DNA from: Coriobacteriia bacterium
GTDB taxonomy: Bacteria > Actinomycetota > Coriobacteriia > WRKU01 > JAENWW01
Assembly: GCA_016649875.1 (NCBI GenBank)
Contig: JAENWW010000005.1
Span: 12,401 to 76,400 of the forward strand
DNA: 64,000 nucleotides
Direction of reading: 5' to 3'
Positions 18,037 to 25,959 of this stretch are shown piece after piece. The position numbers and the translations under genes were made by a program. The notes under the pieces were generated by a model that saw only the letters and a list, made by a program, of their open reading frames with translations, searched no databases and was not told the DNA's origin. The stretch's first letter is position 1. The number at the start of each line of letters is the position of its first letter.

Positions 18037-18945
18037 ATGGGAATGGGATCTTCAAACGAGACGGTGCCGAGGAGAATGAGCAAAGCGACCTCGCCGCGTG
18101 TACGCTCGCTTTTGCGTAGAGAGGCTGTTGCGCGCATCATCACGGGGGCGGCGCTCGCACTCGTCGTGGCAGTCGTCTTTGCGATTTTCGGTTACATCAT
18201 ATATCGAGGTGCCGGCAGCATTTCGTGGGAGTTCATCTTCGGATCGCCAAAAGACCGGATGACTCAGGGCGGCATCTGGCCGGCGATTGCCGGAACGTTG
18301 TGGCTCGTCGGTTTGACGGCTCTCTTCTCGCTTCCGGTCGGTATCGCGACGGGTATATATCTCTCCGAATTTTCCAACGGTTCGCCCTTTGCGCGGTTCC
18401 TCCACGTGGCCATTGCCAACATGGCCGGTATCCCTTCGGTGATTTACGGACTGTTCGGTTATGCGGCGTTTTCAATCGCGCTCGGTTTTCAGAAGTCCAT
18501 TCTGGCGATGGGGCTCACCTTGGCATGTGTGACGTTGCCCGTCGTCATCACTTCTACGGAGGAGGCGCTCAAGCAACTTCCGATGGAACTTCGGCGTGCC
18601 TCGCTCGCGCTCGGCGCGACGAAGTGGCGGACGACGTATCGCATCGTGGTGCCGACGGCGCTTCCAGGTATAATCACCGGGGCGATTTTGGGTCTTTCGC
18701 GCGCAGCGGGGGAGACTGCTCCGATATTGTTCACGGGTGTCGCGTTCTTCGCGGCCACTCCGACAAGCGTGACGCAGCCTTCGATGGCCTTGCCCTATCA
18801 TCTCTACATCATGGCGACACAGCCGACGGTTCCCGCTCCCAAAATCGTATGGGGAACAGCGTTGGTGCTCGTCGGAATGCTCAGTATAATCAGTGCGCTT
18901 GCGGCGACGTGGCGTAGCAGAAGGCGGAGAAAACTCACATGGTAG
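18037..18945 (+). CDS. pstA: Phosphate ABC transporter permease PstA
   Basis: TM permease with the EAA loop [34 protein letters not shown]. Confidence 0.85.
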   Translation: MGMGSSNETVPRRMSKATSPRVRSLLRREAVARIITGAALALVVAVVFAIFGYIIYRGAGSISWEFIFGSPKDRMTQGGIWPAIAGTLWLVGLTALFSLPVGIATGIYLSEFSNGSPFARFLHVAIANMAGIPSVIYGLFGYAAFSIALGFQKSILAMGLTLACVTLPVVITSTEEALKQLPMELRRASLALGATKWRTTYRIVVPTALPGIITGAILGLSRAAGETAPILFTGVAFFAATPTSVTQPSMALPYHLYIMATQPTVPAPKIVWGTALVLVGMLSIISALAATWRSRRRRKLTW

Positions 18946-19724
18946 AAGAACTTTCCGGAGCATTCGAACTCGAAGATGTTTCCGTGGCATACGGTAAGGA
19001 AATCGTGGTTGAGCACATCGATATGATGATAGAGCCGCGTTCGGTGCTCGCACTCATCGGACCGAGCGGGTGCGGTAAGTCGACGCTGCTGCGCTGTCTG
19101 AATCGCATGAACGATGAATTCGGAAACGCTCGTGTGACCGGTAAGATTCTTCTCGATGGACAAGACATCTATGAGAACGGCTACAGCCCGGTCGAACTGA
19201 GAATGCGCGTCGGCCAAGTTTTCCAGAAGGCCAATCCGTTTCCTTTGTCGATATATGAAAATATCGCCTACGGTCCGCGGACGCAAGGCGTGAGAAAAAA
19301 AGAGGAACTCGATTCGATCGTCGAGGATTCCTTGAGGAGAGCGGCGCTTTGGGATGAAGTCAAGACGAGCTTGAAAAAGAACGCGCTTCAGCTCTCCGGG
19401 GGTCAACAACAACGACTTTGCATAGCGCGGGCGCTTGCCACGAGCCCCGAAGTGCTGTTGATGGACGAGCCGTGTTCGGCACTCGACCCCATTTCCACCG
19501 AAATGATCGAGAGTACGATTCTCGAGTTGAAGAAGGATATCACTATCGTGATCGTTACCCACAGCATGCATCAAGCGGCTCGTGTGAGTGACAGAACGGC
19601 GTTCATGCTCCGAGAATCGATGGAGCGTCCTGCTGGACTTGTCGAGATCGCGCCGACGGTACAGCTGTTCTCGAAACCGATCGATCCGCGTACCGAATCA
19701 TATATCACGGGGAGATTCGGTTAA
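18939..19724 (+). CDS. pstB: Phosphate ABC transporter ATP-binding protein PstB
   Basis: Walker [10 protein letters not shown], the signature LSGGQQQRL and Walker B LLMDEP. Its N-terminus is typical of PstB. Confidence 0.9.
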   Translation: MVEELSGAFELEDVSVAYGKEIVVEHIDMMIEPRSVLALIGPSGCGKSTLLRCLNRMNDEFGNARVTGKILLDGQDIYENGYSPVELRMRVGQVFQKANPFPLSIYENIAYGPRTQGVRKKEELDSIVEDSLRRAALWDEVKTSLKKNALQLSGGQQQRLCIARALATSPEVLLMDEPCSALDPISTEMIESTILELKKDITIVIVTHSMHQAARVSDRTAFMLRESMERPAGLVEIAPTVQLFSKPIDPRTESYITGRFG

Positions 19725-19791
19725 CAAATCCGTTTCTTTTCGTGCAGGGGTGACCCTGTACAATTGAAGGGTGGATCACTTTCCGGGTATG

Positions 19792-19824
19792 AAAAAAGGT
19801 GCGCATATGCGCACCTTTTGCTTT
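19792..19824. terminator. Bidirectional rho-independent terminator: a perfect 18-nt palindrome flanked by an A-run and a T-run
   Basis: aaaaaa-GGTGCGCATATGCGCACC-ttttgcttt. The palindrome spans 19798-19815. It terminates the pst operon. Confidence 0.6.
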
Positions 19825-19978
19825 GCTGATTCGCCGACTTAAGGGGGGAGGTTAGGCGACGACATCCGAATGCGTTAACATGATACCCAAGAATAGTCAC
19901 TTTTTAAGAATACGTATCTGATATTCTCGCGCGCTACACATTGTCGGATTGAGAACAGCTTTTTATAAGGATTATGCG

Positions 19979-21325
19979 ATGCAGAAAAAAACAAATCTGA
20001 GGCAAACTATCATTACTGGTTTCCAAGATTTCTTTCAATATGAAGCCGCTGGCGCAGTAGTTATGCTCATAGCGACGATTGCCGCGCTTATCATGGCAAA
20101 TACGAGTTTATTCGGCTCGCTCAATCACTTGTGGAGCATGGAGGCCGGAATATTTTCGGGTTCGTTTGCATTCGGACACTCCTACATTGAATGGATTGAC
20201 GATGCTCTTATGGCGATATTCTTCTTCGTCGTCGGGCTTGAAATCAAACGCGAAATTCTCGTCGGAGAGTTGTCAACTTTAAAAGGGGCCGCTCTGCCGG
20301 TCATGGCTGCGCTCGGCGGTATACTCGCTCCGGCGCTTATATATACGTTCGTGAATCACGGGGGAGAAGGCGCCAGCGGCTGGGGTATTCCGATGGCGAC
20401 CGATATCGCGTTTGCTCTCGGAGCGCTTGCGCTCCTCGGTAGTAGCATCCCTCGTTCACTTAAAGTGTTTCTGTCGACACTGGCCGTAGCAGACGACATC
20501 GGCGCCATCATCGTCATCGGAGTATTTTATTCTTCAAATGTGGTGTGGGGGTGGCTGGCTTTTGCCTTAATTCCCCTCGGAGTCATGATTCTTTTAAATA
20601 GAATGAAAGTCGATAGTTCGATTCCTTATATAATTTTTGCCGTCATCCTTTGGTTTGCTTTCTTAAATTCGGGAATACACGCGACACTTGCCGGAGTAAT
20701 CGCCGCATTCACCATTCCGGCGACTGCCAAAATCGACCCGCTTGTGTTCACCCGGTTCTTGCGGTTGCGTTCACGGAAAATCGAGGAAGTGCACAGCCCG
20801 GAAAGTCATATTCTCGAAAATGACGATCAACAGGTTCTCGCTTACGGTATCTCGCAGGCCGCCATGCGTGTTGCATCTCCTCTGCAGCGCCTCGAACATG
20901 CGATTTTGCCGATGTCGAACTTTTTCATTTTGCCACTTTTCGCTTTGGCGAATGCCGAAATTCGTATAGTGGGCAACGGTGGGTTTTCACTGGGGAAAGT
21001 CGGACTCGGTGTCGTGCTCGGCCTTGTGCTCGGCAAGCCGTTGGGCGTCTTCGGAGTCAGTTGGCTCGGAATCAAAACGGGACTTTTTAACATGCCGAAG
21101 GGGATGAATTTCAAACATCTTTTCGGAGGTGCGCTTCTCGCCGGTATCGGATTCACCATGTCGATTTTCGTCTCGAACATCGCTTTCCGCGGGGCGGATG
21201 CGACTGAGATGATGGCGGAGGCGAAAATCGCCATTCTCGCCGCATCGGTCATTTCGGGGATAATCGGATTCTGTTGGTTGAAATTCGCCTGCAAAAAGTC
21301 AGAGGCGCGTTCCGAGGCCGCGTAG
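19979..21325 (+). CDS. nhaA: Na+/H+ antiporter NhaA
   Basis: NhaA motifs (IPMATDIAFALG, LAVADDIGAIIVIGVFY) and 11-12 TM segments. The ORF is open from a TTG at 19949. I prefer the ATG at 19979, which has an AAGGA RBS. Confidence 0.85.
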   Translation: MQKKTNLRQTIITGFQDFFQYEAAGAVVMLIATIAALIMANTSLFGSLNHLWSMEAGIFSGSFAFGHSYIEWIDDALMAIFFFVVGLEIKREILVGELSTLKGAALPVMAALGGILAPALIYTFVNHGGEGASGWGIPMATDIAFALGALALLGSSIPRSLKVFLSTLAVADDIGAIIVIGVFYSSNVVWGWLAFALIPLGVMILLNRMKVDSSIPYIIFAVILWFAFLNSGIHATLAGVIAAFTIPATAKIDPLVFTRFLRLRSRKIEEVHSPESHILENDDQQVLAYGISQAAMRVASPLQRLEHAILPMSNFFILPLFALANAEIRIVGNGGFSLGKVGLGVVLGLVLGKPLGVFGVSWLGIKTGLFNMPKGMNFKHLFGGALLAGIGFTMSIFVSNIAFRGADATEMMAEAKIAILAASVISGIIGFCWLKFACKKSEARSEAA

Positions 21326-21351
21326 CAAGCCATAAACTACAGACGGAGCAA

Positions 21352-21639
21352 TCAGTCCACCGTACCGTATTTTCTCGTCCAGCCGTGCCCCTTGAGCGAT
21401 GAATTGAGCTGGTCGCAGAGCCGTTGACGCTGGTAGACACCCGGTGGTAACAGTTCGACGATTTCTTGCAGTCCCTCGTCGAAATCGGAACTCTCGGCGC
21501 GCAAAATCACATCGAGACGTGTGACGGCCGATTCATGCAGGAAGAGTGTGGTTACAAGGTTTTGAAGTGCGCTTCTTTCGTCGCTCACAGCGCCTCCAAG
21601 GCGTTTTCCAAGGATGACGCTCCCGCATCGATGGAGCAT
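21352..21639 (-). CDS. Hypothetical small ORF overlapping the 3' end of thrC in another frame. Its reality is uncertain.
   Basis: 95 codons filling the thrC-nhaA gap. I recognise no family. Overlaps thrC by 55 nt. Confidence 0.25.
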   Translation of the reverse strand: MLHRCGSVILGKRLGGAVSDERSALQNLVTTLFLHESAVTRLDVILRAESSDFDEGLQEIVELLPPGVYQRQRLCDQLNSSLKGHGWTRKYGTVD

Positions 21640-23114
21640 GAAAAACGTTCATGAGCGTGGACGAGATTTGCCAAGCCCAAAGGCACGGGGCCGGCGTTTC
21701 GGGCGAGCGCTACGATGTCGTCGAGTTGTTCGAACTCGCTGTGCGTCGCACAAGACCCGGTCAACGGCTGTCCGGCCGGTATATCGCTGAGCGCACGGAG
21801 AACGTCGGTCGCGAATTTAGCCCAATGCGCGGTCGATACGATGAGGAGCGGAGCGCCGGGGGTGCGCAGACGTTCACCGACTTCCCACGCGACTGCGGTG
21901 TGCGGATCGCACAGATAGCCGTGATCTTTCCAAATGCGAGAGAGCGTTTCAAGCGACTCCTCGTTGGTAACGTAGTCGGCGCTCAGAAGCGCGCGAATTT
22001 CGGCAAATGTTTCCTTATCGACGGTGAACTTCTTTTTCTCGTTGAGTTCATCCATCCACCGGGCGACGCGCTCTCCGTCGGCCAGATGGAACAAGAGGCG
22101 CTCCAAGTTGCTGGATATGAGGATATCCATGCTCGGCGAAGGCGTTTTGATGAATGAGCGATGGGAAATGTCGTAGGTTCCCGTCGAGATGAAGTCGGTC
22201 AAAATCTTGTTTTCGTTCGAGGCGCAAATGAGGCGTCCGATCGGCGCCCCCATGCGCTTCGCGTAGAAAGCGCCCAGTATATTGCCGAAGTTACCGGTCG
22301 GCACGCAGATATCGAGCAGCTCGCCCTCTTTCAATCCGCCCGAGGCGAGAAGATCGGCGACGGCGCTGAAATAATAGACGATTTGCGGCATGAGACGCCC
22401 GAAGTTAATCGAGTTCGCACTCGAAAGTCGGAGCGCTTTATGTTCATGAAGCCATTCGTTGAACACTTTGTCGTTGAAGACTGCTTTCACGGTATTTTGG
22501 CAATCGTCGAAGTTACCGCGCACCCCGTAGACTGCGACGTTGTCGCCCTTCTGAGTGACCATCTGCATACGTTGGATTTGCGACACACCGTTTTCGGGGT
22601 AGAGAACGGCGATTTTGCATCGTTCACGGTCTGCGAATCCTTGGAGAGCGGCTTTGCCGGTGTCTCCGCTCGTGGCAACCAAAATGAGCATGTCGTCGGT
22701 TTGTTCCCCTGCGGCACGTTTCTTTTCAAGAGCTGCCGAGAAGAAGCGAGGCATGCATTGTAGCGCCATGTCTTTGAAGGCACTCGTCGGCCCGTGCCAA
22801 AGTTCGAGCACATGTGTGTGTTCGTCGATGGTTTCGACGCAAGCAATGCGCTTATCGTCGAATTGAGAGCCGTAGGAGGCCGAAGAGATTTCATCGATTG
22901 TCTCGTCATCAATGTCGAGTTTGAGCTTTTTATAAATGAAAGCTGCTCGCTTCGCATAGCTCATCGGGGTGAGCGCGATGACTTCTGCCGGGGAAACGAC
23001 GGGCAGACGGTCGGGGACGAACAAACCACCGCTTTCAGCGATTCCTTTGATGATGACATCGCTGAAAGTCAGGCCGGTACCAACGCCCGTCCTCGTATCG
23101 ATAAATCGAACCAC
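21585..23114 (-). CDS. thrC: Threonine synthase (long form)
   Basis: PLP-fold motifs with the lysine in HGPTSAFKDMAL and an N-terminus typical of long ThrC (FVPDRLP). Confidence 0.85.
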   Translation of the reverse strand: MVRFIDTRTGVGTGLTFSDVIIKGIAESGGLFVPDRLPVVSPAEVIALTPMSYAKRAAFIYKKLKLDIDDETIDEISSASYGSQFDDKRIACVETIDEHTHVLELWHGPTSAFKDMALQCMPRFFSAALEKKRAAGEQTDDMLILVATSGDTGKAALQGFADRERCKIAVLYPENGVSQIQRMQMVTQKGDNVAVYGVRGNFDDCQNTVKAVFNDKVFNEWLHEHKALRLSSANSINFGRLMPQIVYYFSAVADLLASGGLKEGELLDICVPTGNFGNILGAFYAKRMGAPIGRLICASNENKILTDFISTGTYDISHRSFIKTPSPSMDILISSNLERLLFHLADGERVARWMDELNEKKKFTVDKETFAEIRALLSADYVTNEESLETLSRIWKDHGYLCDPHTAVAWEVGERLRTPGAPLLIVSTAHWAKFATDVLRALSDIPAGQPLTGSCATHSEFEQLDDIVALARNAGPVPLGLANLVHAHERFSCSIDAGASSLENALEAL

Positions 23115-23332
23115 GTTTAGCTCTCCTCAAGAGTTGTCGGCGTCCTTCGCGATTGCGTCGGTAAACCTTATCGCCGAGCGTTCACCGGTTGTACCGGGTA
23201 TGCGTTTCATTCTACTTTATAATAAAGGTTGGACGTATGAATTTGTGCTCGGGTTCAAGATTTTTCAGATGGATTTTGCTTGCGGGCCGGTGGCGTACGA
23301 GTTTACTGATGACGAGACGTTGAGGAGTTCGC

Positions 23333-24526
23333 ATGAAATATGTGATTGTGATTTTGGATGGCGCCGCAGGTCATGCCTTGGCAGAACTCGGAGAGCAGAC
23401 ATCCCTTGAGTCGGCGGGAATACCGATACTCGACTCCATGGCACGTGAAGGAATCGTCGGTTTGGCCAAAACCGTTCCCGACAGCTGTGAGCCGAGTTCC
23501 TCTGCAGCATGTACGTCGATTCTGGGCTATGATCCGCTTGAAGATTACATCGGGCGCGCCGCAATCGAGGCAGCCGCAGCCGGCATTACGCTTTCCGATG
23601 ACGAGATAGCCATGCGCATCAATACGGTCACACTCGAAAATTCCATGATGAAAAGTTATGCCTGCGGACATGTCACCACGGCGGAATCGGCGGCCATGGT
23701 GCACCGTCTCGCCGCCGAGCTCAACGACGACACTTTCACGTTTTATCCCGGAGTCGGCTATCGCCATATCCTGGTGATCAAGAGTCACCCCGAACTTCTC
23801 GAACTCGAGTACACTCCTCCGCATGACATCTCCGATAAGTCGATAGAAGGACATCTGCCGCGCGGAAACGGAGCAGAATTGCTTCTCGACTTGATGGAGC
23901 GAGCCCACGAGATACTTGCAATCGATTCGACAAATGAGGAACGAATTGCGGCGGGCAAATTTCCCTGCACCGATATTTGGCCGTTTTGGCCGGGTGCGGC
24001 GCCTCGCAAAATGCTTCAGTTCGAAGAAAAGTTCGGTGTCAGCGTTGCGCTTTCGAGCGGTGTCGATCTTCTTTTCGGACTCGCCGAGATTTTCGGTCTC
24101 GACAGACTTTTGATAGAAGGCGTGACCGACGGGCCGGATAACGATTATGCGAAACAGGCCTACAAAAGTCTTTCCGCTCTCGACGAGCATGATCTTGTGG
24201 TCATTCATATCGAAGCGCCCGACGAGATGGGCCATGCCGGAGATGCCGCAGGGAAAGTGAAGGCGCTTGAGAATATCGATCGAAAAGTGATGTCGCGAAT
24301 CTTGGGATATGCGATAAACAGCGGAGACGTTCGCGTGCTTGCGATGCCGGATCACCCGACGCCGGTCGAGTTGAAAACTCACGTCAACGAACCGGTGCCT
24401 TTCATCGTGTGGGGCGCCGGTATCGATTCCAACGGCGCATTCGCCTATAGCGAGCGCGCGGCCCAAGCGACGGGGCTGGTGCTCGATCCGGGCAAACAGG
24501 TGATGGATATGCTGCTCGGGCGGTAG
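23333..24526 (+). CDS. Cofactor-independent phosphoglycerate mutase-like metalloenzyme (ApgM family). Possibly a non-canonical homoserine kinase.
   Basis: N-terminus MKYVIVILDGAAGHALAELGEQTSLESA and the metalloenzyme-superfamily C-terminus HIEAPDEMGHAGD...DHPTP. GAGGAG RBS. Divergent from thrC. Confidence 0.85.
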   Translation: MKYVIVILDGAAGHALAELGEQTSLESAGIPILDSMAREGIVGLAKTVPDSCEPSSSAACTSILGYDPLEDYIGRAAIEAAAAGITLSDDEIAMRINTVTLENSMMKSYACGHVTTAESAAMVHRLAAELNDDTFTFYPGVGYRHILVIKSHPELLELEYTPPHDISDKSIEGHLPRGNGAELLLDLMERAHEILAIDSTNEERIAAGKFPCTDIWPFWPGAAPRKMLQFEEKFGVSVALSSGVDLLFGLAEIFGLDRLLIEGVTDGPDNDYAKQAYKSLSALDEHDLVVIHIEAPDEMGHAGDAAGKVKALENIDRKVMSRILGYAINSGDVRVLAMPDHPTPVELKTHVNEPVPFIVWGAGIDSNGAFAYSERAAQATGLVLDPGKQVMDMLLGR

Positions 24527-24580
24527 TCTTTGCGAAAGTCGAGGTTTGAAAGTAGCGATAGCGGGGGGCTAAGGCGGGAC

Positions 24581-25189
24581 CTAGAATCTGCCTGCCAAGA
24601 TGCGTCCCAACGAGGTGGCTCTGTTCATGTCATCGGCCGTGAGGCGACCGTTTTGCAGCCGATCGCTGACTTCGAGAGACCCGATGGGCGAGATGCTCGT
24701 CGCGGCGAGTGTCGAGCGAAGTTCACGGATGGTCCCGCGTGATGCGCTGAAGAACGTTGCAATCGGAGTTTCGGATCGTGTTGCGGTGATTATAACCGCG
24801 CGTTTCGTCGCTTGTGCGAGGGGGACTTGAGGCACCGAGGTATCGGTGAATCCCGGGAGTTTGAGTTGTCCTTTGTCACCGAAATAACTCGAGAGACGAT
24901 CGAGCATGCTGTTGCACTCTTGTGCGCGTCGTTTTCTCGAATCGGGGATACCGAAGATAATACCGTTGGATTGAGAAATCGCAGCACTCAGTATTTCGAG
25001 ATCATCGTGGACTTTGCACCCGTCGCCAGTGATGCACAGGTGGCAGTTGGTGCAGGGACGAATGCGCAGATCGCGCAAATTGAATCGTTGAACGTATGCT
25101 CCCGCTTGCTCCGCCGCTTGTGCGGCGACTTCGACTGAGCGACTTACGTTGCAGTGTCCTCGGCCGGCGTCGATGGCTACGATTTTCAC
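24581..25189 (-). CDS. Iron-sulfur flavoprotein (Isf)-like NAD(P)H-dependent FMN reductase
   Basis: Flavodoxin-like fold MKIVAIDAGRGH and a compact Cys cluster CTNCHLCITGDGC. GTG start with an AGGAG RBS. Confidence 0.75.
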   Translation of the reverse strand: MKIVAIDAGRGHCNVSRSVEVAAQAAEQAGAYVQRFNLRDLRIRPCTNCHLCITGDGCKVHDDLEILSAAISQSNGIIFGIPDSRKRRAQECNSMLDRLSSYFGDKGQLKLPGFTDTSVPQVPLAQATKRAVIITATRSETPIATFFSASRGTIRELRSTLAATSISPIGSLEVSDRLQNGRLTADDMNRATSLGRILAGRF

Positions 25190-25297
25190 TTAGTACTCCT
25201 CATGGATATACAAGCATTAATCAACCCGAAACGTCTCCTTTTATTCTAGTACAAAAAGGCCGTTTCACCTAGTGATTGATAGGTTTTATAAAACGCA

Positions 25298-25326
25298 GAT
25301 CGACCCCTTTTTTGAAGGGGTCGATC
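25298..25326. other. Perfect 12-bp stem-loop: GATCGACCCCTT-ttttg-AAGGGGTCGATC
   Basis: A GC-rich hairpin in the divergent intergenic region. No U-tail follows on the plus strand. A TTTT run follows on the minus strand. Confidence 0.4.
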
Positions 25327-25329
25327 CAA

Positions 25330-25566
25330 ACAAGGGAGGGGGATATGGTGGCACCATCGGTGCCTGTATGTGCGCGGGTAATTTGCAAAGGGGGGTGCAA
25401 ATGGAATTCGTCCCGCACCATCAGTATGGCAGGAAGCTTTGTAGTGAGCATGAAACGAACGTGGAGAGTTGGTGGATAAACTTTGGCTTTTCCGATCCTT
25501 TCGATAAACGTGCGTAATTAGCGAAGTTTGAGGTGCGCAATGTTAAAATAGAGGACACTTCCATCA
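25330..25566 (+). promoter_or_regulatory. Candidate structured 5' leader (riboswitch- or attenuator-like) upstream of the membrane-protein/metH/metV/metF operon
   Basis: Nested hairpins: GGCACC-atc-GGTGCC (25350-25364); GCGGG[..TTTGCA-aagggggg-TGCAAA..]CCCGC (25374-25416). GCACCATC is duplicated, which suggests alternative pairings. There is a loose resemblance to the ordered cobalamin-riboswitch core elements (GGG...GGTG...AAT...CCCGCAC..CAGTA...GCAGGAAG). I could not verify this. Confidence 0.3.
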
Positions 25567-25590
25567 TTGGACATAAAAAGGGGCAACACG

Positions 25591-25959
25591 ATGAGTCTTC
25601 CCGGTACCACCGACAGTTTCATGCGCTTTATCCAAATGGGATTCGTTTGGTTTCTGTTTGTGGGAATCGCCTATTGTGCCACGTTTATCATCGGTGCGAA
25701 AATGCGCGGGAAAGCAGCCCATAGCTATCACCGGAATCTCGGCCTTGCGTTTTGGGTCGTGACGCTCGGTATCGCCGCTTATGGGTTATTCTCCAGTCAG
25801 ATGAAAACGTATATATCCGTCAACGGGTTCGGCACGCTGCTCGAGCTATTGGCGTTCGGATTCGGGTGGGTGGCGTTCATGTGGTTTTTGACGGGTTCTT
25901 ACGTTCAGAATCGCTTGGAGCTCGACGCGCGAGAAAATGAGGAGGATACCGATGCCTGA
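25591..25959 (+). CDS. Small integral membrane protein (3-4 TM) of unknown function. It is the first gene of the met operon.
   Basis: Hydrophobic helices (FVWFLFVGIAYCATFIIGA, LAFWVVTLGIAAYGLF, LLELLAFGFGWVAFMWFL). Its 3' end overlaps the metH start. The ORF is open from a TTG at 25567. Confidence 0.55.
   Translation: MSLPGTTDSFMRFIQMGFVWFLFVGIAYCATFIIGAKMRGKAAHSYHRNLGLAFWVVTLGIAAYGLFSSQMKTYISVNGFGTLLELLAFGFGWVAFMWFLTGSYVQNRLELDARENEEDTDA

Noticed and set aside
25190-25566. A specific assignment of the met leader as a SAM-I riboswitch or T-box
   Set aside because: I could not find the conserved SAM-I elements (CTTATCAAGAG, GGCAACC, GGTGCCAATTCC) or the T-box sequence AGGGTGGNACCGCG. I therefore report only a generic candidate structured leader.
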